Assembly: GCF_006345805.1 (NCBI RefSeq)
Contig: NC_042999.1
Span: 161,138,001 to 161,202,000, forward strand
From: Octopus sinensis
Lineage: Eukaryota
Reading direction: 5' to 3'
Length of the DNA: 64,000 bases
Position numbers and translations under genes: made by a program. Below, one piece after another: positions 53,517-64,000 of this stretch. The stretch's first letter is position 1, and each line of letters opens with the position of its first letter. A model generated the notes under the pieces. That model was not told the DNA's origin. It did no database searches and saw only the letters and a list, made by a program, of their open reading frames with translations.

Positions 53517-54827
53517 CCGCGTGCAGATGCCGAGTGGTAACTAAAAGATCAGCAAAGGCTACCTGGAAGGATTTGGTCAAGCAATTTTGGTCCTGGTGGC
53601 AAAGAATGGTGCAATCAAAACAAAATTGAAATAGTATTGTGACCAGCGGTGTGTAAGAGCGTCTGATGGCCTGATCGATACTGTGATACTGTGATAAAAT
53701 GTATGTAAATATGTATGTGTATATGTTAATGAAAGTGTTGTCAGGTTTTCAGTGATTATACTGTTTAAATCGAATAACTACACAACCCGCTGATACTAAA
53801 GGAACTGGTTCGTAGTGTAAGCGACTTGATCATAAATAACATGTTGTGCCAACTTCTGAAGTCAGAAGGTTTTTAATCGTCTTAATAAACGCAGCCATTT
53901 ACAGCTCTTGGTCATGAAGTGTATTTAGAGTAAATCCTTTTATTGAAACCGCTCTCTCTCTCTCCATCTCTCTCCACCTTTCTCTCAATTTCTCTCCCTC
54001 TCCCTCTCTCAGTTACAGTCAAAGAATTAAGAGAGCACTTCAATGCTAAAAAACCCCACCCCCAAATAATAAAATAATAATCCAGAAAATCTGAAAAAAT
54101 AAAAATACTTGTCAATTTTACAAGACTCCTACCGCTGAATAGGGTAGATTTACTGCACCTATATCTGCTGCTTATCTGCACATAATTCTGCGCATAATAT
54201 GGCTAGTTAAACGGTCATAACGGTAATAAGATGCAATTGTAGATTCTATGGTCAGCATCCTGCAAAAGAAATACAAGAATAAAGAACTCGGATTAAGAAG
54301 ATACGCAGCTCTCAGCAGTTCATATATCTAAATTTCCGGTGAAGAAAGTTTGGTTGTACAACATAAATATTCTATCCGCATTATATTATGCATTAATAGT
54401 ATGAAAGATTTAATAAAAAAAGAGAAAAAACGGACTATTTATAGTATTACTGTTTGGTGAAGATTCCCACTCAACACATGTATTAAGAAATGGCAAGTAT
54501 AGAAAAAATCACATGATAAATCTAGATTCGATGAATTAAAGATATAAATCTTAATACCGACATTCTTTTTGTGGTCTTTTTTTGTATCGGTAATGAAAGG
54601 CATTTAAAGACAAAATATGTTCGATATTTTTCTTGACAAGTGAGAGACATATTTAGTGATATATATACATTTAGAAGAGAGGTGACCAAGAGAAGAGATA
54701 TATAGGAGAGATGAGGAAGCTGATAGATCGATACTGAGATAAAGTGATGGGTAGATGGACAGACAGACAGACGAAGGTAAGTAGATAGGTAGGTAGGTAT
54801 GAAGTAGGTAGGTAGGTAGGTAGGTGA

Positions 54828-54860
<33 letters not shown>

Positions 54861-54899
54861 TATACATATACATATACATACATACATACATACATAATA

Positions 54900-54979
<80 letters not shown>

Positions 54980-55266
54980 AGAGACAGACAGACAACAGAC
55001 AAACATACCGACATGGGCTAGATAGATAGAAATACATAGATTTATTAGATAGGATCGATCTATATATAGATAGATAGATAGATAGATAGATAGAATTGTA
55101 GTTAGCTCTTTACACATTCAGGTTTTCGTGTATCTAGATAGCATGTTACCCATCTATTTATCTAATTGAATTGATCGTCATCGACCTACTTACCTATCGA
55201 CTTATCTGTCTGTCTAATTAGCTAGTTAGCTAGTCATGCAGATAGACAGCGAGAAGACAGACACAC

Positions 55267-55325
<59 letters not shown>

Positions 55326-55754
55326 GATAGATAGATAGATAGATAAATAGAAATATTTTTTTTGAAGGCAAAGAAGAATAAATCGACAGCAAACAGTTAG
55401 GAAGGACGACTGAAAGACAGAAAGAAAAAAAAAGATGGCAACTAAAGTTTCGAAGTAAAGGATTTCGACCTTTTTCTCTTTTGTTATAACCGTTGCATTC
55501 TCTTTTGTTGCTTTCATTATCTTGAAAGAAAAGACATCATCGTAAACAACATTTCTGTTTCTAAAATTCACGCTGGTCACAACATACACATACACACAGA
55601 TTCAACCAACAAATAAAGAATAATTTTAAAGGAAGGGGGGAAAGCGAAGCAAACATTTAGCAAAACAAAAACAAAACAAAAACAAAATAGCATTCTGCTT
55701 TAAGATTTATTATTTTCCAGATTGAAATATCCATAGAATTGCAGACGACACAAA

Positions 55755-55765
55755 ATGGCTGCCAG
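55755..55765 (+). CDS. Candidate start-codon exon (exon 55721-55765) of a plus-strand gene, encoding M-A-A-(R)
   Basis: Acceptor TTATTATTTTCCAG, CAAAATGG start context, upstream in-frame stop, donor CAG|GTAGAG. Confidence 0.35.
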
Positions 55766-56334
55766 GTAGAGTTATTTGACGTGCCAAGTGTCGCCTGTGG
55801 AACTGTATATTAGTGAGGGCTTTCTCCCTTGCCTTGTCGATTTGGAAGAAGGTACATTATTGAAGATGGTGGTGTGGTCCGGATATATTGTTCGAATAAA
55901 ATAGTAGCTATGAGCAATAAAGATTATCATTTTACTAGATGTCACTCGTATAGTGTGAGCAATAGTTGGAAGCGTGCAGAAAAAGGCTATCTGAGATTAA
56001 GAGAGCACTCTAGGGAGATGTATGCATGTACAAACGTATGTATGTATGTATGTATGTATGTATGTATGTATGTATGTATGTATGTATGTGTATGTATGTA
56101 TGTATGTATGTAAGTGCGTGTGTATGTATGTATGTAAGTGCGCGTGTATGTATGTAAGCATGTAAGTGTATCTGTGTCTGTGTGTGCATGCGTGTATGTA
56201 TGTGTACTTTGTGAGCATGAATATTACTAAAAATATGTCTGTCTGTGTGTGCGTGCATGTGTGTCTATGCGTAGCTTGTGAGCATAAATATTACTGTATG
56301 TATTTATGTGTCTATAAGAATGGATCTAGTTTCC

Positions 56335-56395
<61 letters not shown>

Positions 56396-56408
56396 GATAT
56401 ATCTATCA

Positions 56409-56461
<53 letters not shown>

Positions 56462-56462
56462 C

Positions 56463-56555
<93 letters not shown>

Positions 56556-56610
56556 GATCTATCTATCTATCGACCTGCTCACGTCGCTAAGAGCTAGTAT
56601 ATATACGCAT

Positions 56611-57972
56611 ATTATTAGTTCGTCCGTCGTTATCGACGATGACCAAGTAAATCATATAAAAGAAGAAGCAGACGGGCACGGTGTGTCCGGCTGTGGCTAA
56701 TCAAGCCAGTGCATGCTCGGAAGGATCTGCCGTAGGTCGGGCACTGGTACTCTGTTGGGACTGAAGGCAAGGAATAGGTTATGGACTTGTGTAGTTCGTA
56801 TTTCCTCTGTGTTTCTTCAATCCTGTCCTGTTCGTAGGACGGTCTTGCGCTTGCGTTACGCACTTGTTGAGGGTTGATCTCAAAGCTCATCAGTAAGGCT
56901 TTGAGTATGTCCTTGAAGCACTTCTCTAGTCCACCTTGTATATGTTTGCCTTCGACAGTTCACAGTAAAACAGTCTGTTGGGGAGTTGCGTGCCAGACAT
57001 TCGAACAAAGCGGCCTGCCCATCTCACATGCGTTTTCCTCAGCAATGTGTAAATGCTTGGCAGATCAGTTCGAAAGTGGGTTTCCGTTCCTTGCCAGGTT
57101 GTTTTCAACAGCTTTCTCGGGAAGTTCATGTGGAAGCAGTTTAGCTTTTTGATGTGGCGTGCGTAAACCGTCCAAATCTCGCAGGCGTACAGTAGCGTAG
57201 GTAGCACAACTACTTGGTATCCATTCAACTTAAAGGTCAGCCTAATGCCTCTGCCACACCAATTCAAGTGGCCACCCGCATATTGAGCTCCCTTGGTGAT
57301 GAGTGCGTCGACTTCATCGTCAATGTTCACAGATCTGGAGAGTGTGATGCCGAGGTACGTTGATTTATCAACAACCTTCAGGTTTTTCTCTTCGTCAGCA
57401 ACAGTTGATTCCACATACGGATTTTTAGAAGTATGTTGGTACATGACCTCTGTTCCCTGAGCTCTGAATGTGAGGCCAAAGTTGTTGCTGGTAGTGGAAA
57501 AGCAGTGTGGCTTCATAGAGGGCCGTAAGACATGACCTTTGCAGCAATCCAACTTCAGAAGTGCCAGGAACAGAACAGAATAGACGACGTTTGTAGACCT
57601 AACTTAGACATTTGGACATCGTCAGTCGTAAGGGGCTTCGGAAGATGATGGAAAAGTTCGGCTGCCTGGACAAATTCCTCACCATGGTCTCGCTCGAGTA
57701 CTGGAGAATGGAGATATTTCCGTTGCATTCTCATTCACTAACAGAAACTAGCAGAGCTGTGTAGTCATACCTACGTTATTCAGCATGATGTTCTCAACTA
57801 TGTTGTCCGATACCTTCTTCAACAACGACAAACCGGCATCAAATTAGATTCAGAACTGATGGCAGATTCTTCAATGTGCGGAAGCTATAGGCCAAGACCA
57901 AGGCGGAAGAAGACTCAGTGCGCGACTTCCTGTTCGCAAACGACAGCGCATTAAACATCGCTACAGAGGCCC
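56611..57972 (-). mobile_element. RTE-clade LINE with an inverted 5' segment
   Basis: Minus ORF 56926-57552 (KSTYLG, LLYACEIWTVY, CPTYGRSF...ISHSRTH). Plus segment 57521-57972 encodes the RT part that lies upstream in the element (FVDLT..FD, MMEKFGC, RDFLFA). Confidence 0.88.
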
Positions 57973-58069
57973 ATTCAACTTAACTTGAATGTGTTCTTTA
58001 TGTGTGTGTGTGTGTGTGTGTGTATGCACGTGCGTGTTGTCATATATATAATAATATATAATATAATAT

Positions 58070-58338
58070 ATATATATAAAAGTGAAGTTGTGTATCTGTC
58101 TCCTACGATTTAGATTCCTAACTACTTCCACATTTTGCGGTGCAGTTTAACCAAAACCGGGTATCTTATAGTCGTGATTCATATCGAGCCCTTCTGGGTA
58201 TTAGCGCGCGTCTACGATTTCTACGATTTAAAAAAAATTTACCATCATTTTTTTCCATTTTAATGCATTTTTTCGCTATTATATAACGGAAGTAACTCTA
58301 AAAATGTCTACGATGAGTCAACGATTTAAAAAAAATTT
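58070..58338 (+). repeat. Probable non-autonomous Helitron-type repeat, cut by the assembly gap
   Basis: Starts after (TA)n with AAAGTGAAGTTGTGTATCTGTC; internal repeated TCTACGAT...ACGATTTAAAAAAAATTT. Confidence 0.4.
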
Positions 58339-58438
58339 NNNNNNNNNNNNNNNNNNNNNNNNNNNNNNNNNNNNNNNNNNNNNNNNNNNNNNNNNNNNNN
58401 NNNNNNNNNNNNNNNNNNNNNNNNNNNNNNNNNNNNNN
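58339..58438. other. Assembly gap (100 N)
   Basis: Run of N. Confidence 1.
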
Positions 58439-58439
58439 C

Positions 58440-58900
58440 TTCAATGTGGTGCCCTAGCTTGGCTGCAATCTAATGACTGAAACGAGTGTAAACGAAAAGA
58501 TATATTATACATATATACATACACGCCGCGCGACGCAAGCACACACATATATTTATGTATATGTGTGTATATGTTTGTAGGCATGAAAGTATGTATGCGT
58601 GCGCGTGCGTGTATGTTTGTTTCTATGCTTGTCTCTACCATCGCTTTGAAAACTGGTGTTGCTTTGTTTACGTCCACGTAACATACGAGTTTGGCAAAAG
58701 AGACCGATAGAATAAGTACCGTACTCGAGAAAAGAAGCTTAATAATATTTTATAATATTCAAATTTTGCGAGGTCGACTTTGCCTTTGATCGTTTCGGGG
58801 TCGATAAATTAAGTACCAGTTGAGTACTGCGGGTCAATGTAATCGACCGGTCCCTTCCCCCCAAATTTCGGGCTTTGTGCCTAGAGTAGAAAGGAATATC
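58440..58900. mobile_element. Degenerate SINE B and SINE A fragments
   Basis: GGCAAAAGAGACCGATAGAATAAGTAC; GAGGTCGACTTTGCCTTT..TTTCGGGGTCGATAAATTAAGTACC. Confidence 0.75.
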
Positions 58901-60096
58901 GTAATATATGCTTTTTGTGTAGTAAATAGTTTCTCCTTTGTAAATTCAAGCATTCACCAAACGTTTGCAGAAACACACAAAATAAATCCTGCCCTATCTC
59001 CATCCATCTTTCCCGATCATCATCGTCATCATCGTAATCATGATCACGATGATTCAAGATGATCCTATTATCGTCATTGATGGCTAAGTAAGTCAAGTAT
59101 GATCAGCGACACTCCTACTAAGTGAACGCCTTCAGTTGTGACCGGAGACCACTCACTCACTCAACCGTTACGGCACGAATGTTTTCATTCATAACACTGA
59201 AGCCAAACACCCTTAAACTATTGAGGATTACAACACGAACCTGTACGTACTCGAAATATGCACTTAATAGACATGGTTTTTGTTGTGTATGTATTCAAGT
59301 GAGAGGGTATTTATTTTGCTAGGGGATATGTACTGATGACCTGAGTACATTAAGGGTTTCGACGCACCCGTAGGACACGATCCTAACTGAAGCACTACTC
59401 TATGTACACAAACACACACAAACACACATACACACACACACACACACACAAGAGGAGAGACGGAGGAGAGAGAGAGAGAGAGAGAGTAAAAAGAGAAAAG
59501 AGAGGAGAGAGAATGAGAGTGACCCCGGCATTGTTTATAAAAGGAATTATCAAAATTTTGTGACTATCTTTTATATTGGACATTATTATGAGTGAAAGAA
59601 GACGCGAGGAAGGGTGAACAAGTAGCTTAAAATTGCCTACATAAAGGAGACCTGTGCACTCATAGCTTACGGTTGAATTTAGATGAGTTACGATTCAAGA
59701 AGCTTCAACCTCTAGTATAATAGATGCACTCAATTCAATGTATTCAATACTCATCCACCTCTAGTTATAAAATCAAATACTAAGTCATACATACATACAT
59801 ATATACATACACACACATATAAATATTCATATAGACATACATATACATAAGTGTGTATTTATACGTGAAACTTTTTTATATATATATAAATACACACATA
59901 AGTGTGTAATATATATATATATAATTAGAAGTATACATATATATTTACAAGTATACATGTACAGATATATATGTACAGATATACAGACATATATATGCAT
60001 ATATATATACCGGAGTAAACGCATAAATGTGAAACAAGGTGGAAAAAAGAGTACTCAAATACCAGTGGTAGAGTAATATGTTTTAAATAAAACACA

Positions 60097-60131
<35 letters not shown>

Positions 60132-60169
60132 CACACACACACATATATATATATATATACTAGATGTAC

Positions 60170-61650
60170 CCACCTGATCCGTTGGGTTACAACCACTCCA
60201 AGTTGAAAATGTCGATGCGCAGCGGGAAAGGAAGAAAAAAATACTATTTCGAACTTCATGAAATAGAATTCTTAAATAACACCGTTCTCCTGTCTTTGGT
60301 GTAAGAACATAAACACGACCAAGTGTTTCCTCTTCGGAAACATTCAAATGGCCTTCCACTTCTTTCCTTGCTTTTTCTTTAGCATTCTTTGTTACTACTG
60401 TTCCAAGTGAAATACATGGGTGCTTCTTCACTTGGAACAGTAATGCTTTTGCAAAGTCATCATTGATGCACAATGAAAAGAATTGTGTCAATGTTGTTCT
60501 CATATGTCGTTCTATAGTGGAGGTGCAATGGCCCAGTGGTTAGGGCAGCGGACTCCCGGTCATAGGATCGCGGTTTCGATTCCCAGACCGGGCGTTGTGA
60601 GTGTTTATTGAGCGAAAACACCTAAAGCTCCATGAGGCTCCGGCAGGGATGGTGGTGATCCCTGCTGTACTCTTTCACCACAACTTTCTCTCTCACTCTT
60701 ACTTCCTGTTTCTGTTGTACCTGTATTTCAAAGGGCCGGCCTTGTCACTCTCTGTGTCACGCTGAATATCCTCGAGAACTACGTTAAGGGTACACGTGTC
60801 TGTGGAGTGCTCAACCACTTACACGCTAATTTCACGAGCAGACTGTTCCGTTGATCGAATCAACCGGAACCCTCGTCGTCGTAACCGATGGAGTGCTTCC
60901 ATCCATATGTCGTTCATTGATAGCCATAGATGTCCTCACTATTTCTGATCAATATTCTTTGTTCATCTGGTAGATGAACTGTCAGTTTCACTATTGCAGG
61001 CGCTCTGTCATGAATTGAAAATCCTAAAATGGATATAGCTGCTTCGGATGATCCAACATATCTATGCATTAGATATTGACTAATTTCGTTACCATTGTTT
61101 ATTTGAACAGCAACTTGATCATTTCCTTTCAGCGTGTACTTCATGACACACTTAATTGACCTCACTGAGGCAACGATTTCAACGTTGCTGTCGAATTTGA
61201 AATGCTCGTAAAAGGGTTTCATTGTAAGGTACAACCCATTTGTTGTTGTTTGTTTTTTCATTATTGTGAGATTCAACTGATCTTCGTCTGTAAAGAGACG
61301 GTCTCTGTGTCTGTTTTTCTGCTTTTGATTAAGATGATAGTCGAGCGGTTACTGTTTACATCTCGTTCAGAGATTTATTATTGCTTGCAGACAGTTTTTC
61401 GAAATCAGTGACAGAAGTTACTGGGGAAAACATTATATAGATATTTGCAAACAGGTCCCCTCATCGAAAACCGGTGATTGCTGTACGTTGACAAAAGGCA
61501 AATACCTCGAAACTGCAGTCCGTGCGTATCACTTAGGTTTACGAGAGAGGGATGACTTCCCTTTGCAAATACCATAAGGGCACAGAAAGTGTGCCTAAAG
61601 CCAGCTGTAGACGATGATCTCCTGGGGCTAAAAGCTACAGTAACACCCAC
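60170..61650 (-). mobile_element. Helitron Rep-domain fragment interrupted by a SINE
   Basis: NVEIVASVRSIKCVMKYTLKGNDQ, RYVGSSEAAISILGFSIH, LGRVYVLTPKTGERCYLRILFHEV. Confidence 0.88.
60518..60903 (+). mobile_element. Full-length tRNA-derived SINE, family C, with target-site duplication
   Basis: Box A TGGCCCAGTGG, box B GTTTCGATTCC; CATATGTCGTTC at 60501-60512 and 60904-60915. Confidence 0.9.
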
Positions 61651-62287
61651 CCTTAGTGGTTAGCCATATTGAGATGGCTAGTATACTTTACGATTAATAT
61701 TTTATTTTCAATAAAATAGTAATTTTCCCCTTTAAGAAAAAAATCAAGTACCCGTGATTCAAGAAATATCTCATAAAAATATAGAGCGAAAATCTATTTT
61801 TCAAGTCCACGCACTCCGAAAGTTGTATAAATGATTAAGGGAAGAAAATAGAAAGTAAGAAAAAAGAATGGACTGTGGTAACTACGACGATTCTTTGAAG
61901 TGCCGACATTTTCAACTTGATTTTTTTAAAGAGGGAAATGAGTATTTTATTTGTAATCTTTATCGTCTTAATCAAACGGCAGGAAAACAGACAAACTTTG
62001 AGTTCTAGTATGTATATATATATATATATATATTGTTCTATAAAGCCCGACAAATAAGTTGTTCTATAAAGCCCGAAACATATGTACCGCAACATCCTTT
62101 GCGTCTTGTTTTTCATTTATTTCATTTGATATATATATATATATATATATATATGTGATTATAAATAAGAGCAAAAGAAAAAGCTTTCTATGCTAAGATA
62201 CTGAAAACTAGACTTTAGATCGTCTAACCACATACAATACTTTTCACTAAAATGCACAGCGTGTGTGCATCCAGGTATAGAAAACCA

Positions 62288-62519
62288 GCGGCGAGCTGGC
62301 AGAAACGTTAGCACGCCGGGCGAAATGCGTAGCCGTATTTCGTCTGTCGTTACGTTCTGAGTTCAAATTCCGCCGAAGGTCGACTTGCCTTCATCCTTCG
62401 GGGGTCGATAAATTAAGTACCAGTTACGCACTGGGGTCGATGTAATCGACTTAATACCTATGTCTGTCCTTGTTTGTCCCCTCTGTCTTTAGCCCCTTGT
62501 GGGTAATAAAGAAATAGGT
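62288..62519 (+). mobile_element. SINE family A
   Basis: GCGGCGAGCTGGCAGAAAC...GGGTAATAAAGAAATAGG. Confidence 0.9.
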
Positions 62520-62995
62520 ATAGAAATCCTCGAATTCGTATACTTCTTGGATATGTTTTAGCAGTATTCCTATAATATATTCTAAATATAAATAGAATTA
62601 AAATAGAACGAGATGCCTCATTAGCATTATGATGTGAAAAATAAATAGAAGCAGTTATGGTCAATACTGGATTCCGTTTGATCATATATCTAACTACTTT
62701 GTCTGAACTGACTTGCAACGCAACAAGAATCCAGCGCAGCATCATATAGAATCGATATTAACTTCCTAAATATAATTTCAAACGAAAGTTAACAGCTGAA
62801 CGCTTGTTTAATGGGTGTCAGATTTATCGTCAAGGAAAGTAAGATCTCAAAAGCATTCTGCTTTTGCTTGTCGCCCATTCTGTCACCCTCATTATATACG
62901 AGGAATCAGCTACCATAACGACCTTCATTATTACATAGCGGAGATAGGATTAAATCAAATCTTCGTATATATAAATATAAAATATATACAACATA

Positions 62996-63053
<58 letters not shown>

Positions 63054-63125
63054 CATACACATACACACAAACACACACACATATTATATATATATATATG
63101 TGTGTGTGTATGTATATATGTATAT

Positions 63126-63174
<49 letters not shown>

Positions 63175-63371
63175 ATATATATATGAATGTATGTATATAT
63201 ATACACACACACGTGTATATTCAAGACTAAACGACTGTTTGGAAAAGAACGATTGATAAATACCTTGGCATATTATTGCATTTTAACTGCATGAAACTAA
63301 TAGTAGCTCCAATTTAAACACCGTGTATATTCACTCACTCACTCTCTCACACACGCACATGCATACACACG

Positions 63372-63436
<65 letters not shown>

Positions 63437-63565
63437 GGGCGCGTGTGTGTATGTATGTATGTGTGTGTATGTGTGCGTATCCGGTTCTAACTCTTCTCCT
63501 TCCCTCACTCTCATTTTACAAGGTGATACTTCCTTCATCACTTCTATTTAATTTCCCCCGTACAG

Positions 63566-63655
63566 GTATGACACTGTGGTCAGTTATATGATACAATATG
63601 GATTTTATTATAACCATCTTACGTCTGACTCAATCACACGCATTCAAATAATGCA
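63566..63655 (+). CDS. Candidate internal exon ((R)YDTVVSYMIQYGFYYNHLTSDSITRIQIM(Q))
   Basis: Acceptor TTTAATTTCCCCCGTACAG, donor GTTTGT, 90 nt, phase 2-2, compatible with the 55765 exon. Confidence 0.35.
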
Positions 63656-64000
63656 GTTTGTTTCCTTACTTCGTACTTAACTTTTCCTACCCACCAAATC
63701 TTCTATTTCATTAAACTTTTTCTTCTGCCCCATTCTCTCCACTTTTACTTCTTCACACAACATTCATCAGAGCTTTTTAGTAATTCCTCCTCCATTTCAT
63801 ATATTCAGCCAGTAATACTTCATTTTGCACCTTTATTTTTTTTTCTTCTTTTCTGCTTAAAATAAATATTCTAACACCTAACTTTCTTTATTTAATCAAC
63901 TTTTGTTTCCCTTCATTCATTATTTTCTTCCGGTCACTGCATTCTCGATCTTTTTCTCTTCTCTTCCTGTATCGTCCCCTTTTTGGCTGCTATATATCTA

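Noticed and set aside
54133-54259. Very strong minus-strand acceptor (CTTTATTCTTGTATTTCTTTTGCAG) with a GTAGGA donor
   Set aside because: All three frames contain stops; it could be a non-coding or terminal exon, but cannot be supported without RNA data
59328-59350. ATGTAC-TGATGA-C-CTGA-GTACAT, resembling C/D boxes or a hammerhead core
   Set aside because: Only 1 nt separates the boxes, so there is no guide region; no GAAA follows the downstream stem
60522-60597. tRNA-like sequence with A and B boxes
   Set aside because: It is the head of a SINE (continues into a repeat body and has a target-site duplication), not a tRNA gene
63550-63571. AG|GTATGA as a recursive splice (ratchet) site
   Set aside because: An open, phase-compatible 90-nt exon follows, which is the simpler reading; neither can be confirmed here

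Overview
AT-rich eukaryotic genomic DNA, almost certainly from an octopus (inferred from the SINE families and the dense (TA)n/(CA)n/(TATG)n/(TAA)n/(GATA)n microsatellites). Most of the window is degraded mobile DNA: three tRNA-derived SINE families; many R4/Dong-type restriction-like-endonuclease LINE fragments in TAA tracts; L1/Tx1, RTE, CRE and Penelope fragments; hAT, mariner and Helitron relics; and several MITEs. Most ORFs in the supplied track are microsatellite artefacts. Two things are not explained by these features. (1) At least five sequence-unrelated families of type I hammerhead ribozyme motifs (8 clear copies, 3 with fully canonical cores and all three stems), most in inverted-repeat or palindromic elements in (TA)n tracts. 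(2) Short candidate exons with compatible splice phases suggest a minus-strand multi-exon gene (about 42.5 kb to 28.7 kb, possibly a divergent CFAP61-like protein) and possibly the start of a plus-strand gene (55.7 and 63.6 kb). All calls were made by eye without database searches; mobile-element boundaries are approximate. There is a 100-N assembly gap at 58339-58438.
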